Positions 23,485-36,134 of a stretch of 38,375 nucleotides of DNA are shown one piece after another; within the stretch, counting starts at the first letter, position 1, and each line of letters opens with the position of its first letter. The notes under the pieces were generated by a model that ran no database searches, was not told the DNA's origin, and worked only from the letters and a program-made list of their open reading frames with translations. The DNA comes from Octopus bimaculoides (Eukaryota): positions 58,144,541-58,182,915 of the forward strand of contig NC_068990.1 of assembly GCF_001194135.2 (NCBI RefSeq), written 5' to 3'. Position numbers and translations under genes: made by a program.

Positions 23485-23760
23485 ACAACAGACACAACAT
23501 CAACAATGGAAAAAACATTAACAAAAACAATAAAACACACACCGTCCTCAAGAACCACTAAATTCTCAAAAACAAGAACAATTGAAAGCTCTCAAATATC
23601 AACAACAAAACAAAAAGACAATGACACCAAGGACATGCCTCTCTCCGCATAGAGCCCTGAAACATCTCTTATGGCAAAAGCAACGGAGAAGAAAGTAAAT
23701 GGCTACAGACAATAGACAAGAAGAATGGAAAAGAAAAACAAAAAAGGAAGACCAATAAAT
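22330..23760 (+). pseudogene. Decayed gag-like ORF1 of a non-LTR retrotransposon (L1/Tx1-like)
   Basis: A/C-rich decayed frames: RIQIIGILPETNISGPEVTVLF, then KPKCHLCGDANHLKPFY at 23259-23309 (CX2CX4HX4C knuckle with the last Cys as Tyr), then a Thr/Ala/Lys-rich tail (ORF 23200..23652). No ORF2 seen downstream. Confidence 0.5.
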
Positions 23761-24279
23761 GAGAAAAGAATGAGGTTCTTAAAATTTACCCTTGTTTACC
23801 TATTTGCTAGTATAATATTCTTTGCTGACCAAGGGTTCCAGGCTCCCATGTGAATTCTTTCGACCATCGCATCTTCCAGTGTTATGCCCTAACAGTTACC
23901 TTAAGTTAGTTCCCTTTTCTTTTCACAAATGAGATAGTGTTTCTGATTCTCTAATATTATGCTGTGCTACGATCCTTTAGCTTTATTTTTAGGGAATGGC
24001 TAGTTTGCCATAACGACATGGGATAGAATAAATAGAAGTTTTTGTAATGCTCCTTTCTACTGAAAGCTTATGTATATATATATATATATATTGCCGATAG
24101 GGAGAGTTGTGTTTTTGAATATTGTCTTGATGTTTTATGAAACATCGATCTCTAATAAATAGATCGAGACAGTTATTCTATTAACATTCTCAATCCTGAT
24201 ATATCTCTGGTCTTACAATTAGAAGCATTGCTGATAATGATAAGGTTGTTGTTGTTGTTGCTCTTGTTGATGGTGGTTG

Positions 24280-24310
<31 letters not shown>

Positions 24311-26703
24311 ATTTTTGTTCTTTAATCTGAAATTATCGCTGATCAAACTGATCTAAAATCGAGAGCATTCAAGCTAAAACCATGCTGTTTTGTGTGTGTG
24401 TGTGGGCGCGCACGCATGCGTATGCATGTGTGTATGTGCACGCGTGTGTATCTGCGTGTGCATGTGTGTGTGTGTTTGCATACGTGCGTGTGTGTGTTTA
24501 TGTTTGTGTTTTCTTTTCGTAATAGTGTATCCCAAACATGAATATCGAATGTGTTCTTTTTTGAAAGCAATAAGGTGTGGCATCTAATTCTAGCAGATGG
24601 TGCGATTACGTTTATCCTCCATCGCTAATTCGTGCATATGACCTGTGATACAAGCGGTGATTTAGTTATACATCTACATTTTACTTTCATTCTAGAGTCA
24701 TATGATCTTACTATAAACAATTATTGTGTTAGTCGACAGGAGTAGTTGGGGATTGAAGAAATGTCTTTAGGTATTCAACAACATTACTTTGCCTCCTGAT
24801 TTCATTTCCAAAGTTACTCTAATCAGCTTTCCATGTTATGTTATCTCTCCCTGAGCCATAAAATAACTTCCAGTAATATATAAAGCTCTGAAAATCGATT
24901 GTATTGCAGAAATTTCTCCCTTATAAAAACATTGGTTTTATGCCAATGTAAGAAATCATTATTGCGTAATTACAAGAACTTCTTAGTCTACAACAGGACA
25001 TTTCGCCTAGCTTCTTTAATTATTGATCTGCTTCTATTGATTTTTTTTTTTTTATTATTCTCCATTTATGGATCTTCAGAAATTCATTTAATACTATTGA
25101 TAAGTTTTGTATCTTCTGTCTTTCAATATCAACTTAACTGAACCTACGTGCGTTGTCTTCGACATCACACATGCATACAAATATATGTGCACACATACAA
25201 ATATGTATGAATATATATATGTTTGTGCGTATGTGCGTGTGTACTATTTATATCACTATATTTGCTAATGTACCCTTACAGAGATGATCATGAATAAATA
25301 TGCATATCGCGTCACATCCATTTGTATTTATTCCGGATGTGAAATATATAGTCTGATTTCATATGTAAACGTACATATTTTCAAATATACCAGTTATAAT
25401 TATGATTGTATGTCCATATGCAAAATATACGACAATGTATTTATATTAAATATTCAATACAGTTAGTTAAACGTACAACATTATACATTCATACTTACTG
25501 TTTCAAGCATTTATATCTTAATGCGATGGCATGTAGTATATAATTGATATTACATAAGTATACCTACGATTACATATCGATATGTACTAATGTACATGGT
25601 GATAACTGTCGAATCAAATTTTTCATTACATCTCACTAGTCCGTTTCGATTCCTGGTCGTAGCCGCTTTCCTATACTATTCATGTCCTTACGATAGATAT
25701 GAAGGTAACAAGCTTGTTTAACTCTAACAAAATTTCAACTGTTTTTCTGTGTTATGTATTGAGATCAGATTCTCTCTCTCTCTCCCTCTTTCTCTCTTTG
25801 TCTTTCTCCCCCCCTCTCTCTGTACATAAGGAGATAATTAAATGTGAGTGCGTATGTGTATGTGAACGTTAGAGAGACGCTAAACGGTTATATGACCGGC
25901 CTTTAATTAGCATGTAAGATAATATGCATGTCTATATGACAATATGTATAGCTATGTGACCATATGCACAACCATTTGAATAATATATGTACTATTGGTA
26001 GAAAGATATAACATCTAGTTTTAATCAAAGACTCTACCCTCGTTTGATTTATTTAAATTTAATCGGCGCTTACGAAATTTATTTCGTTTGGTATTTAACA
26101 GAGGAACATTTGATCTTATATGCCTCTGCCTAGCTTCTGTCAGCAAACAAAATAAAACCACTAATTGGAAACTAGGCCTATTCATCTAAAATTTGATACA
26201 ATTCCTAATCAATGCAAATATTCATCTTAATTTAATACCATGATTGGTGACAAAGAAAAGCGTGGGTATGTTGTATAGAGATGTAACACTGAAATCCCTG
26301 AATGCGACAACGCCTCAGTTATTTTTATTGAAATATATACATCTATAAAAGCTTTATTTCTTCATTTCCTTCTTCATTTTCCACCTTGGAATGCTACAAT
26401 GACTGGACCACTATAACTTCCTGTTCTTGTATCTCCTGTTGTGCTTCAATCTTTGCTATTCCAGTGGGGGACACAATGTTGGCATTGAAGAATTCCGCCG
26501 AATTTAATGACAAGATGCATTTTATAAGGAGAATTACGTAGATATAAATGCAAGAGTGAATAGATACAATGCAAATTATTGGAAATAAATAATTCCGGCT
26601 AATAGTCTCCTTTGATTAATACAAAGAGGTTAACACTGTATTTGGCAAAGAGCTTAATTTAAACTGAGCGTTTTCAGAATTCATTGAAGATGCAGTTGTT
26701 ATG

Positions 26704-26765
<62 letters not shown>

Positions 26766-26915
26766 GTATACATATATATTTATGTATGTATGTATGAATG
26801 TGTGTATATATATGTGTGACTATATATGTATATATTGATATATACATACATTCATACACATATATATATATATACTTACACAAACATATGTATATACATA
26901 AATACACACACACAC

Positions 26916-26951
<36 letters not shown>

Positions 26952-27983
26952 ATGTATGTATATAAACATGCGTATGTGTGTCTATTCATATATGTATGTT
27001 TATGTACCAATGTAAAGCATGTTATGAATAAAGCGTTATTTTACAAAGATCTTCCAATAATTAAAATTTATAAAATTCTTCCACATGGATGGAAATTCTT
27101 TAATTGATAAATTATGAATTATAAACAACGACAATAACTGCACATGTAAATAATTTTGACATGATACATGATTGCAACATCAAATATCTGTAGGAAAATG
27201 CATATTTTATTATTAAAAGTAGGTTTCACTATATGTCAAAACAAAAGTTAAACATATTTGAATGTTGTATATTGAATTCTACCAAGAATCAAGAGACAAA
27301 ATGGCGATTACAAATATACAATATGAAATATGATATATCATGTATATATATATATGTATGTATATATATATATATATATATATNNNNNNNNNNNNNNNNN
27401 NNNNNNNNNNNNNNNNNNNNNNNNNNNNNNNNNNNNNNNNNNNNNNNNNNNNNNNNNNNNNNNNNNNNNNNNNNNNNNNNNNNNNNNNNNNNNNNNNNNN
27501 NNNNNNNNNNNNNNNNNNNNNNNNNNNNNNNNNNNNNNNNNNNNNNNNNNNNNNNNNNNNNNNNNNNNNNNNNNNNNNNNNNNNNNNNNNNNNNNNNNNN
27601 NNNNNNNNNNNNNNNNNNNNNNNNNNNNNNNNNNNNNNNNNNNNNNNNNNNNNNNNNNNNNNNNNNNNNNNNNNNNNNNNNNNNNNNNNNNNNNNNNNNN
27701 NNNNNNNNNNNNNNNNNNNNNNNNNNNNNNNNNNNNNNNNNNNNNNNNNNNNNNNNNNNNNNNNNNNNNNNNNNNNNNNNNNNNNNNNNNNNNNNNNNNN
27801 NNNNNNNNNNNNNNNNNNNNNNNNNNNNNNNNNNNNNNNNNNNNNNNNNNNNNNNNNNNNNNNNNNNNNNNNNNNNNNNNNNNNNNNNNNNNNNNNNNNN
27901 NNNNNNNNNNNNNNNNNNNNNNNNNNNNNNNNNNNNNNNNNNNNNNNNNNNNNNNNNNNNNNNNNNNNNNNNNNNNNNNNNNN

Positions 27984-28450
27984 CGACACCGTCCCATCTT
28001 GTGAACGGTTTTTCCACTTGTAAAGACTTCAAATAACTTGAATATCTGAAGTTCTGACGGATCTAGTTACGGTGAGCAGAGAAGGTAAGGCAGAGCTTCT
28101 CGGCCTAATGAATTTATCTTTTTCTGGGGAGATCTTTGCTGAATGTGACCTTTATTCTCAAGGGACTGCTTATGTGGTAGCCACTTTCCTTCTCTGTACA
28201 TTTTTCGAACCGCTATACATTTTTCCAAGCCTCCAGGTTAAGCCCCGATACTTGCAGACGTTTCCTTATTAGCTCCTGTTTACAAAGCGTCATTATTCAG
28301 AACATTTGGCCTTTGTAGTCCAACTGGTCCAGAAGATCGAAAGCGCTGATTTTGAATTTGATCACCCACCTTTACATCATCAGCATATACAGTACAAGTG
28401 CTTTTCTTTGAATGTGTTGCATTGTTACTTTTACGAAATTCGTACGTCAT
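27984..28450 (-). pseudogene. Highly decayed LINE reverse-transcriptase fragment
   Basis: The reverse strand at 28375-28395 reads CTVYADDVKV; the downstream sequence is broken by many stops and frameshifts and runs into an N gap. Confidence 0.45.
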
Positions 28451-28844
28451 GCAATACGGTATATGCAGCTCACTAAATTCTTTGTGTTCCTTGAACTGTC
28501 AAACAGCATATGACCACGCACCACGTGTCCACATTAGCATTTCGTCATTAACTTCATGCTGACTGGTTGATTAGAAGGGCAACTTTTATGAGTTTGTATA
28601 CTACTTGCTTGAAAAGACGATATTACTTCTCGATAAGCCTATTGTGTGTGTGTGTGTGTGTGTGTGTGTNNNNNNNNNNTATATATAATATATATATATA
28701 TATGCAAGTCATGGAGCGACTTGCAGCAAATTGTAGTCACAAATGTTAAATACTGATCGAAGTGGTTAGACGTTAACTGGGATCTAACTGAGAATTAATA
28801 GAGTATCTGTCCGGACAGTACATCCCTCCAAACTCAGTTTTATG

Positions 28845-28878
<34 letters not shown>

Positions 28879-29009
28879 CACACACACACACACACACGCG
28901 CGCATACGCGCGCGCGCGCACATACAAACACATGTATATTAATTCTTCAATGCAGCAAATTTGAAGAAGCATTACCTCATTATATTATAGATACGTATTT
29001 TATCGTTTA

Positions 29010-29185
29010 CCTGGTGAGCCACTTTGAGGTCACTTGATCCACTAGAAACAGCGCAGAAAATTCCTTTCAGTCACATCCTTTTAGCCATTCCAAGGTGCAA
29101 AAGGAGTACATATAAAACAAGATCATCATGAATGGAATGCTTTTAATTATAGGTTTGCTCTATCAGAGCTAAACTGGGCTTAAAC
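29010..29185 (+). mobile_element. Possible old SINE 3' remnant
   Basis: Weak similarity to 36930-37090 (ccact...gaaa.ag...aaattcc; gaatgc.ttt). Confidence 0.3.
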
Positions 29186-29349
29186 TACAGCATCATTCTC
29201 TAAAATATCGAACCGCAAGAGGATGATCCGTAAAATTAACTCCGACATGGTTAGATGCAAACGAATAGTAGTAATCATTTTAACGAAGTTTCTATTTTCC
29301 TGCCTTTGTAAATACTTTCTACCATCAGTACAAGACCTGACATTTTGTG

Positions 29350-29766
29350 GAAGGGGACTAGTCGTTTACATCGGCCCCAATAATCAGCCGAAAGGGTGAA
29401 ATGCAAAGTCGACATGGGTGGAATTTGGAAAAAGTGGGTCATTACTTTGGCCCTCCACGCTCACCAGATTTGACTCCACTGGATTTCTTTTTACAGGGAC
29501 ACGTGAAAAGAAGTGTTTATTCAACTAAGCCTCGATATTTAGAAGATTTGAAAGCAGATATAACTGATTTGTTTGAAAGTGCCACTGAAAATCAGCTGGA
29601 AAATATTTTCTGCGAACTACAGAGCCGTATTCTTTTTGTATTGGTAAAGATGGTGGACATGTTGAAAATTAACAAGATTCTCCTTTCTTATCCATTTCAC
29701 AGATTAATTCTATCATAGTTACCAAGATACAAGTATTTTAAATCGCACCATGATATTACGGACACC

Positions 29767-29769
<3 letters not shown>
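29350..29769 (+). mobile_element. 3' part of a Tc1/mariner-superfamily element with right TIR
   Basis: ORF 29401..29718: GPPRSPDLTPLDFFLQGHVKRSVYSTKPRYLEDLKADIT...(WPPRSPDLTPLDFFLWG-like). It ends in ggacaccttg, the reverse complement of a (ta)caaggtgtcc-type terminus. Confidence 0.88.
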
Positions 29770-29807
<38 letters not shown>

Positions 29808-29918
29808 CGCGCATATATATATAGAGAGACAGACAGACAGACAGACAGAGACAGACAGACAGACAGAGACAGACAGACAGACAGACAGAGACAGACAGAC
29901 AGACAGAGACAGACAGAC

Positions 29919-29990
<72 letters not shown>
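29769..29990. repeat. Compound (TG)n-(GACA)n-(GATA)n microsatellite
   Basis: Directly visible. Confidence 0.97.
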
Positions 29991-30034
29991 TCAAATGATA
30001 ACAAGACAAGTAAAATTCTATCAGACCATATATA

Positions 30035-31311
30035 TCAGGTCATCCCATAAGTTCTCTCCGAATTTTGAATAAAGAAAACAAGTGATCAAATGTTATATTT
30101 AATTGAAATTTAATCATCAATGTACTTTCCATGATTGTCTATGACTTCTTTCCGTCTATTTACAAGCTTTTAAATCCCATCAATGTAAAACTCTTTTCGT
30201 TTCAAAGCGAAGAACTCTGAAATGTCAGATCGACTTCCTCCTGACTTGCGAAAAGTGATGCCCCCAAACCCACCCAATGATTCTGTAAACTACGAAACAA
30301 ATGGTAGTCTGAAGGAGCAAGCTCAGTTAAATAAGGTGGATGAGGAATTTTTTCCCAACCAAGCTCTTCGATATTCTGTGATGTGATCTTTGCAGTGTGG
30401 GGTTGCACATTGTCCTGATGAAACATCACCCCTTTTCGATTCACTAAAGCGGGTCATTTTTTCTTCAAAGCTTCGTTCAAACGCTCTAATTACTGACAGT
30501 TGACTTGAGCATTGATTGTTGCATTAGGTGATAACAATTCAAAGTGAATTACTCCTTTGCAATTCCACCAGATAGAGAGAAGGTCCTTTTTCTCATGAAG
30601 TTCCCTTCTCGGTTGTGGTTGAGCTTTTCCTCTTTTACCAAGCCACTGTTTACGACGTTTAACATTTCGATAGAAGATCCATTTTTTGTCACCAGTCACA
30701 AGTCTGTCCAAAAAGGGTGAAATGAATTCGCGAGAATGGAGAGAAGAGCAGATGTCAACTCGGGATTTGCTGCTGCTTTCGGACAATTCCTGAGGCACCC
30801 ATTTTCCAAGTTTAGGAACCTCTGAAGATGACGATGAACAATTGCATGGTTTGAACTAAGCTTTATTGCCAATTATTCAACTGATAATGCAGGATTTTCT
30901 TCAAGTAATGCCTCAAGGAGCTTATCATCAAACTCAACCGGACGCCCTGTTCGATCTTCATCTTCAAGGCTGAATTCTCCACTTATGAATTTTGCAAACC
31001 ATATTCTGCAAGTTCTTTCATTCAAGCATTATTTCCCATAAGTGTATGTTTCGAGTCGCTTCGGCTGCAGAGTTTCCTTTTTTGTACTCATAAAGCATTA
31101 TGCGACTTAAATGTTCTTTGGATACTTCCATGTTAGAAAGGGTTTTAATCAAAGAAATTTTAATTCTATTATCATGTAAAATAATAGTTATTTTAAATGT
31201 ACACAAAGGCATAAAAATAATTTTAAATTCCATTAGACATTCTAAAATATTATTAAATTTCATTCAATTTAAAAAAAGGCAAAATCGGACAAGACTTATG
31301 GGATGATCTGA
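30035..31311 (-). mobile_element. Full-length (~1.28 kb) mariner element with both ~30-bp TIRs
   Basis: Left tcaggtcatcccataagttctctccgaatttt; the right end's reverse complement is tcagatcatcccataagtcttgtccgatttt. Left flank TA; right flank GA followed by TA repeats. Confidence 0.95.
30110..31131 (-). pseudogene. Mariner DD34D transposase, disrupted
   Basis: MEVSKEHLSRIMLYEYKKGNSAAEATRNI; RLVTGDKKWIFYRN; LLSIWWNCKGVIHFELL; VMFHQDNVQPH; HPPYLTELAPSDYHLFRSLQN. Several frameshifts/stops, and TGDEKW has become TGDKKW. Confidence 0.93.
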
Positions 31312-31504
31312 GATATATATATATGATATACATGGATACACAGAAAGAGGGAAGAAATATAATTGTAACAAATATCAAATTGTAAGAATTTAGTACTAGA
31401 TTTATACGGGAAATTTACGAATAAATAAACGCTTCTATGATATATCATGATTGTGAAGGATAAAAGACTTTAATATTTGTTATGATCTTATGCGTGCGTA
31501 TATA

Positions 31505-31540
<36 letters not shown>

Positions 31541-32722
31541 TGTATGTCTGTCTGTGTGCGCGTGTGAGTGTATGTGTGTAAGTGTATGAGTGAGAGAGAG
31601 TGTAAGTTTAAGATTTTGTATGTTTGCGAGTTAAATTGGCATAGGTATTTATACATATATACATATGTGTATAAATATAATTGTATACTTGCATATTTAC
31701 ATGTTAAATAATAAATGATATCAGAACATGAATTCGGTAATTATATTCAATAGCGGAAATAGCTGTAATGAATTTAATGAAAATAATGAATTTAATTATG
31801 TAATTCTTCTTGCGTTATCATTTATAATTTAATACTGTGCTCTATACTTATGCGAATGTTTATATAAGACTTGTGGATGACGTAGATATCCTGAAGTATC
31901 TTGTCAAAATAATACATGCATTTATATATGTATATATATATATATATATATATNNNNNNNNNNNNNNNNNNNNNNNNNNNNNNNNNNNNNNNNNNNNNNN
32001 NNNNNNNNNNNNNNNNNNNNNNNNNNNNNNNNNNNNNNNNNNNNNNNNNNNNNNNNNNNNNNNNNNNNNNNNNNNNNNNNNNNNNNNNNNNNNNNNNNNN
32101 NNNNNNNNNNNNNNNNNNNNNNNNNNNNNNNNNNNNNNNNNNNNNNNNNNNNNNNNNNNNNNNNNNNNNNNNNNNNNNNNNNNNNNNNNNNNNNNNNNNN
32201 NNNNNNNNNNNNNNNNNNNNNNNNNTATATATACATTCATAGATGTGTGTGTGTGTATACAAACATATGCGGGCGTTGAAATCATGAAATACCCAATGAC
32301 CATTAACTAGAAAATATCGTCTCACACACAAGCGTACAAAAGTAACAACAAATCCAATGAATCCGACCACAATCTTACATTGAGAAACTAAATTCTGAGC
32401 CGAAACTCCGAATTAGTCTTCTCGTATAAGCACAAAATCTTCAAAACATTAAAACACTAAAACCAATAGTTTTCACAAACGAATAAATATGAACATACAC
32501 CACCATCCTCCTTCTGCTCATCTACCTCCACCATTCTGATATTACAACTTTACATCAAAGATGTCATGTAGAAATTACCCAAGGGTTCCCAAGTTTTCAA
32601 AGAATTTACTACAAAATCTTCGAAAATATATAATTATATTTATACATGGATGTATATATGTGTAGTTACCTATGTTAACTCGCAAACATACAAAATCAAA
32701 AACTTAAGCACTCACACACACG

Positions 32723-32808
<86 letters not shown>

Positions 32809-32975
32809 AACAAACGAACAAACCCACACCTACAAAACCACATGCATGCATATATGCAGGGAGAATAGAGCAATAACAGGTCTTAGAATTTCTTGCTCAT
32901 GCTTTATAATGCCCACTCTTTGTATATGTTAATATGTACAAATAACACATAAAGCATTCATGCTGAAAAACGATA

Positions 32976-33159
32976 TTCTTTTATTCTTTTACTTGAGCAA
33001 ATCGACTCCAGAGCTTATTCTTTGTAAGCCTAGTACTTATTCTATCGGTTGCTTTTGCTGAAGCGCTAAGTTACGGAAACGTAAACACACCAGCATCAGT
33101 TGTCAAGCGATGTTGAGGGGACAACCACAGACACACAAACATATACACACATACATACA

Positions 33160-33227
<68 letters not shown>

Positions 33228-33375
33228 CGACGGACTTCTTCCAGTTTCCGTCTACCAAAAACACTCACAAGGCTTTGGTCGGCCTGAGACTATAGCAGGT
33301 GCCACGCAGTGGGACTGAACTCAGGACCATGTGGTTGGTAAGCAGACTACTTACCACGCAGCTACTCCTGTGCCT
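32976..33375 (-). mobile_element. Near full-length tRNA-derived SINE with an internal (CATA)n(TA)n microsatellite
   Basis: The reverse strand begins ggagtagctgcgtggtaagtagtctgcttaccaaccacatggtcctgagttcagtcccactgcgtggcac (A/B boxes), followed by body, microsatellite (33140-33225), 3' module and an aaaagaataaaagaa tail. Confidence 0.9.
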
Positions 33376-34110
33376 AATAGCCTTCAAAGTTCACCTCCTC
33401 AAACATGTTCGTTAAATTTTCTATTCAGTAGTGAGATATTTCCCAACAATGAACCTCTAGAGTCACACATGCTGACCAACAACTTTTAAATCTACCTACA
33501 TACTCTCATGAACATTAAAACATTTCATAAATACATTTTCCCACTAATAAGACTGTGACATGAGTATGTGATAACCAGCACCCTATCAATTTAACCTGGT
33601 GAAAAACCACAATTAATGCCAGCCTGCCAACTAAGTAAACCTTACTATCTGCATACATTCTTTTGTGAACGTTTAAATACTAATCACCAAAAAGCTGACA
33701 AACCTAGCAAACACACATAATTACAAAGGTTAAAACATTGGACTGAACTCTAAGATTTAACATTTACTTTCTCAAAGCAAAAGATAAATATCTTATTAAT
33801 ACCAACAACGAATAATATAAAACCAACAAGAACCAAACTAAGTGATAGATCTGTCTAACAACCTAGCTATATTTTTTCTGGACACCTATGACCTGAAGCT
33901 GACACACCTAAAGATACCTAATTACAAAGCTCTACATGCAGGAATAAATTCTAGCAATTAACATCTTTCCAAATTTAGCCAATGAAAATACTCCATTCCA
34001 ACTTACTACTGCAGCTTGACATACAGCCTAATTATCATTCTACAGAACTCGGGCTACCTTAGAAAAATCTAACTTAATAGAGACTATATAAGAACAAGAT
34101 GAACTTCATT

Positions 34111-34190
34111 GCATTACAGCCCGATGATGGCTTAGCTAGCCGAAACGTTGAAGTCATTGTCTATATATATTTGTTAAAGAATAATAAATG
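34111..34190 (+). ncRNA. Degenerate minimal type-I hammerhead ribozyme-like motif (Penelope pLTR-like) followed by AATAAA
   Basis: cCGATGA-t-GGCT-tagct-AGCC-GAAACGTT: core C(U>C)GAUGA, 4-bp stem II, GAAA and palindromic AACGTT. AATAAA at ~34183-34188. Stem I is weak. Confidence 0.5.
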
Positions 34191-34294
34191 TGTACTTTAC
34201 CAAATATATTGAGTCAAAGTTCAATTTAATGTAAAATGTTTTTTTAAATTATAACATAAAAACAAACATTAATATATGTATGCATATATGTAAT

Positions 34295-34343
<49 letters not shown>

Positions 34344-34387
34344 CATATACACACACGCACACATACATACATACATACATACATACA

Positions 34388-34419
<32 letters not shown>

Positions 34420-34859
34420 CAAGACTATAAATCCAGGAATCAAAGTGCATGAAGTTTTGTGAGCTTCAATCAGTCCGTAGCAGATAGAGAAAACGAAAAT
34501 GGACAGTGTACGATAAGGAACAATAACAATTTATTGGCATCAAAGGTTAGGCACTTCTTTGCATGTCGAAATTCGAAAGAAATTCGATAAGCTGATAGTT
34601 TCTTTATAGCACACGGCTAAAAACTAGAGTTGCTACAAATGTGAATAAAATCCAAATTGAGGGAGTAGAACGGATAAAATGCAGGCAACATATATTTCTT
34701 AGCTAACTGATCCTCTGATGAAATAGTTACTCAACGAGGGGTGCTCTGCTAAGCTATTCATCAGTCCGAGACAACTTGATTAAATAGTTACACTGTCGCA
34801 CGAAATTTCCAAGTTAACTCACCGCAGGTGTGAACTTCTATATATAAAGTATAAGCGTT

Positions 34860-35990
34860 CATGATTTTTTTTTATTAGCAGGTACTGGCTGTTTAAATTG
34901 CCCATCTAGTTTGGGGAACTCTTCCTCTTTAGTAACTCTATTTGTTTTCCATAGCAGGAAAATAGATTGTTCCCGGTTAAAATAAATTGCTGTCATAAAG
35001 TTTTTGACGAAGTAGTGGGGCAAGCTGTGAGACATCCACAGAAAACTATAAGTGATTTACAGAGACAGCACATTAAACAAGAGCAATGTGCTTAGATAGA
35101 TAATAACGTTTAAAGAAAATCACAACCAGTATTTTGTCAAACCACACAGTGAGAGACCATCAACAGTGAGAGACCATCAACACTTACACATATTGCTGTG
35201 AGTGAACCTATTGATTCGCGCGGTGAGCGGTCACAATCGATGAGTTTATTGCACAACTAGGCTCTGATTAATATGCGCTACAGAAAAGAGCTTTGTGTTT
35301 CGGAAAGTGTGTGCAAATTGGGTACGAGAAATGAACAAATGATACCCGATTAGAAGGAGAGAATGATGGATTTCTGCTCTGATATGCTGGAAGCTTTGAA
35401 AGTCAATAGATACACTTTCTTTTCCAATAGAGTGAAGAAACGAACTGTAGTCGTATAATCAAGAAGCGATGACTCAGTCAAAAGAATGGTATCAAACCTC
35501 TTCTCCAAGGCCTCAAATGTTCAAAAGCCGGAAATCAGTGCAGAAAGTCATAGTGATTATATCTTTCTTTTTCTTTTTTCTTTTTTCTAGGGTAACAGCA
35601 CCAACTACGTTGATTTTCTGGAACGTGGGTGTGCCGTGAACATCAAGCGATAATTTGAGATACTCGAAAAATTTAGAGAAGCCATTAGGAAACGAACGCC
35701 TATAAGAATTGGAACATGGCTCACTACCCCGTATAACAATGTATGAATATGCACATATTTTACAACGAATCGGGTGCTTACAGTCCAATTCAGCTCGTTT
35801 CGGATATTTGGCTGCTTGGTCAGTTGAATGGTAGGCATGGGTGACAACGATCTGATAACTCAAACGAGGTCTGTGAAGAATGAGTACAACAGCATACACC
35901 AGAATTTTTTCAAGTAAGATTTGAAAGTTCGTTTGAAAGATGACGCCTATATATCGCTGGTGATGGAAACTATGTTGAGTAGGAGCTTTT
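34860..35990 (+). mobile_element. Old, heavily decayed, near full-length mariner remnant
   Basis: Decayed motifs: AVIKFL, E.RPST (tandemly duplicated 17-mer cagtgagagaccatcaa at ~35147-35180), FRKVCA.WV, SPRP..FK, VDFLERG, AYSP, and DGNYVE* near 35960-35982. Confidence 0.75.
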
Positions 35991-36077
35991 ATACAAGCAA
36001 AGTGTGCTGTTTAAACGAACTACGGTTCATGTTTTGGATTGCCACTAATATCATTATTTATTATTAATGATAATATC

Positions 36078-36134
<57 letters not shown>

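Noticed and set aside
26340-26560. Protein-like minus-strand stretch ILSLNSAEFFNANIVSPTGIAKIEAQQEIQEQEVIVVQSL
   Set aside because: All three frames hit stops after the first usable AG, and no motif is recognised.
34715-34764. Inverted pair ctgatgaaatag/ctattcatcag as a hammerhead or C/D snoRNA
   Set aside because: There is no GAAA after a stem II and no convincing box C/D spacing; it is a short hairpin that could arise by chance.
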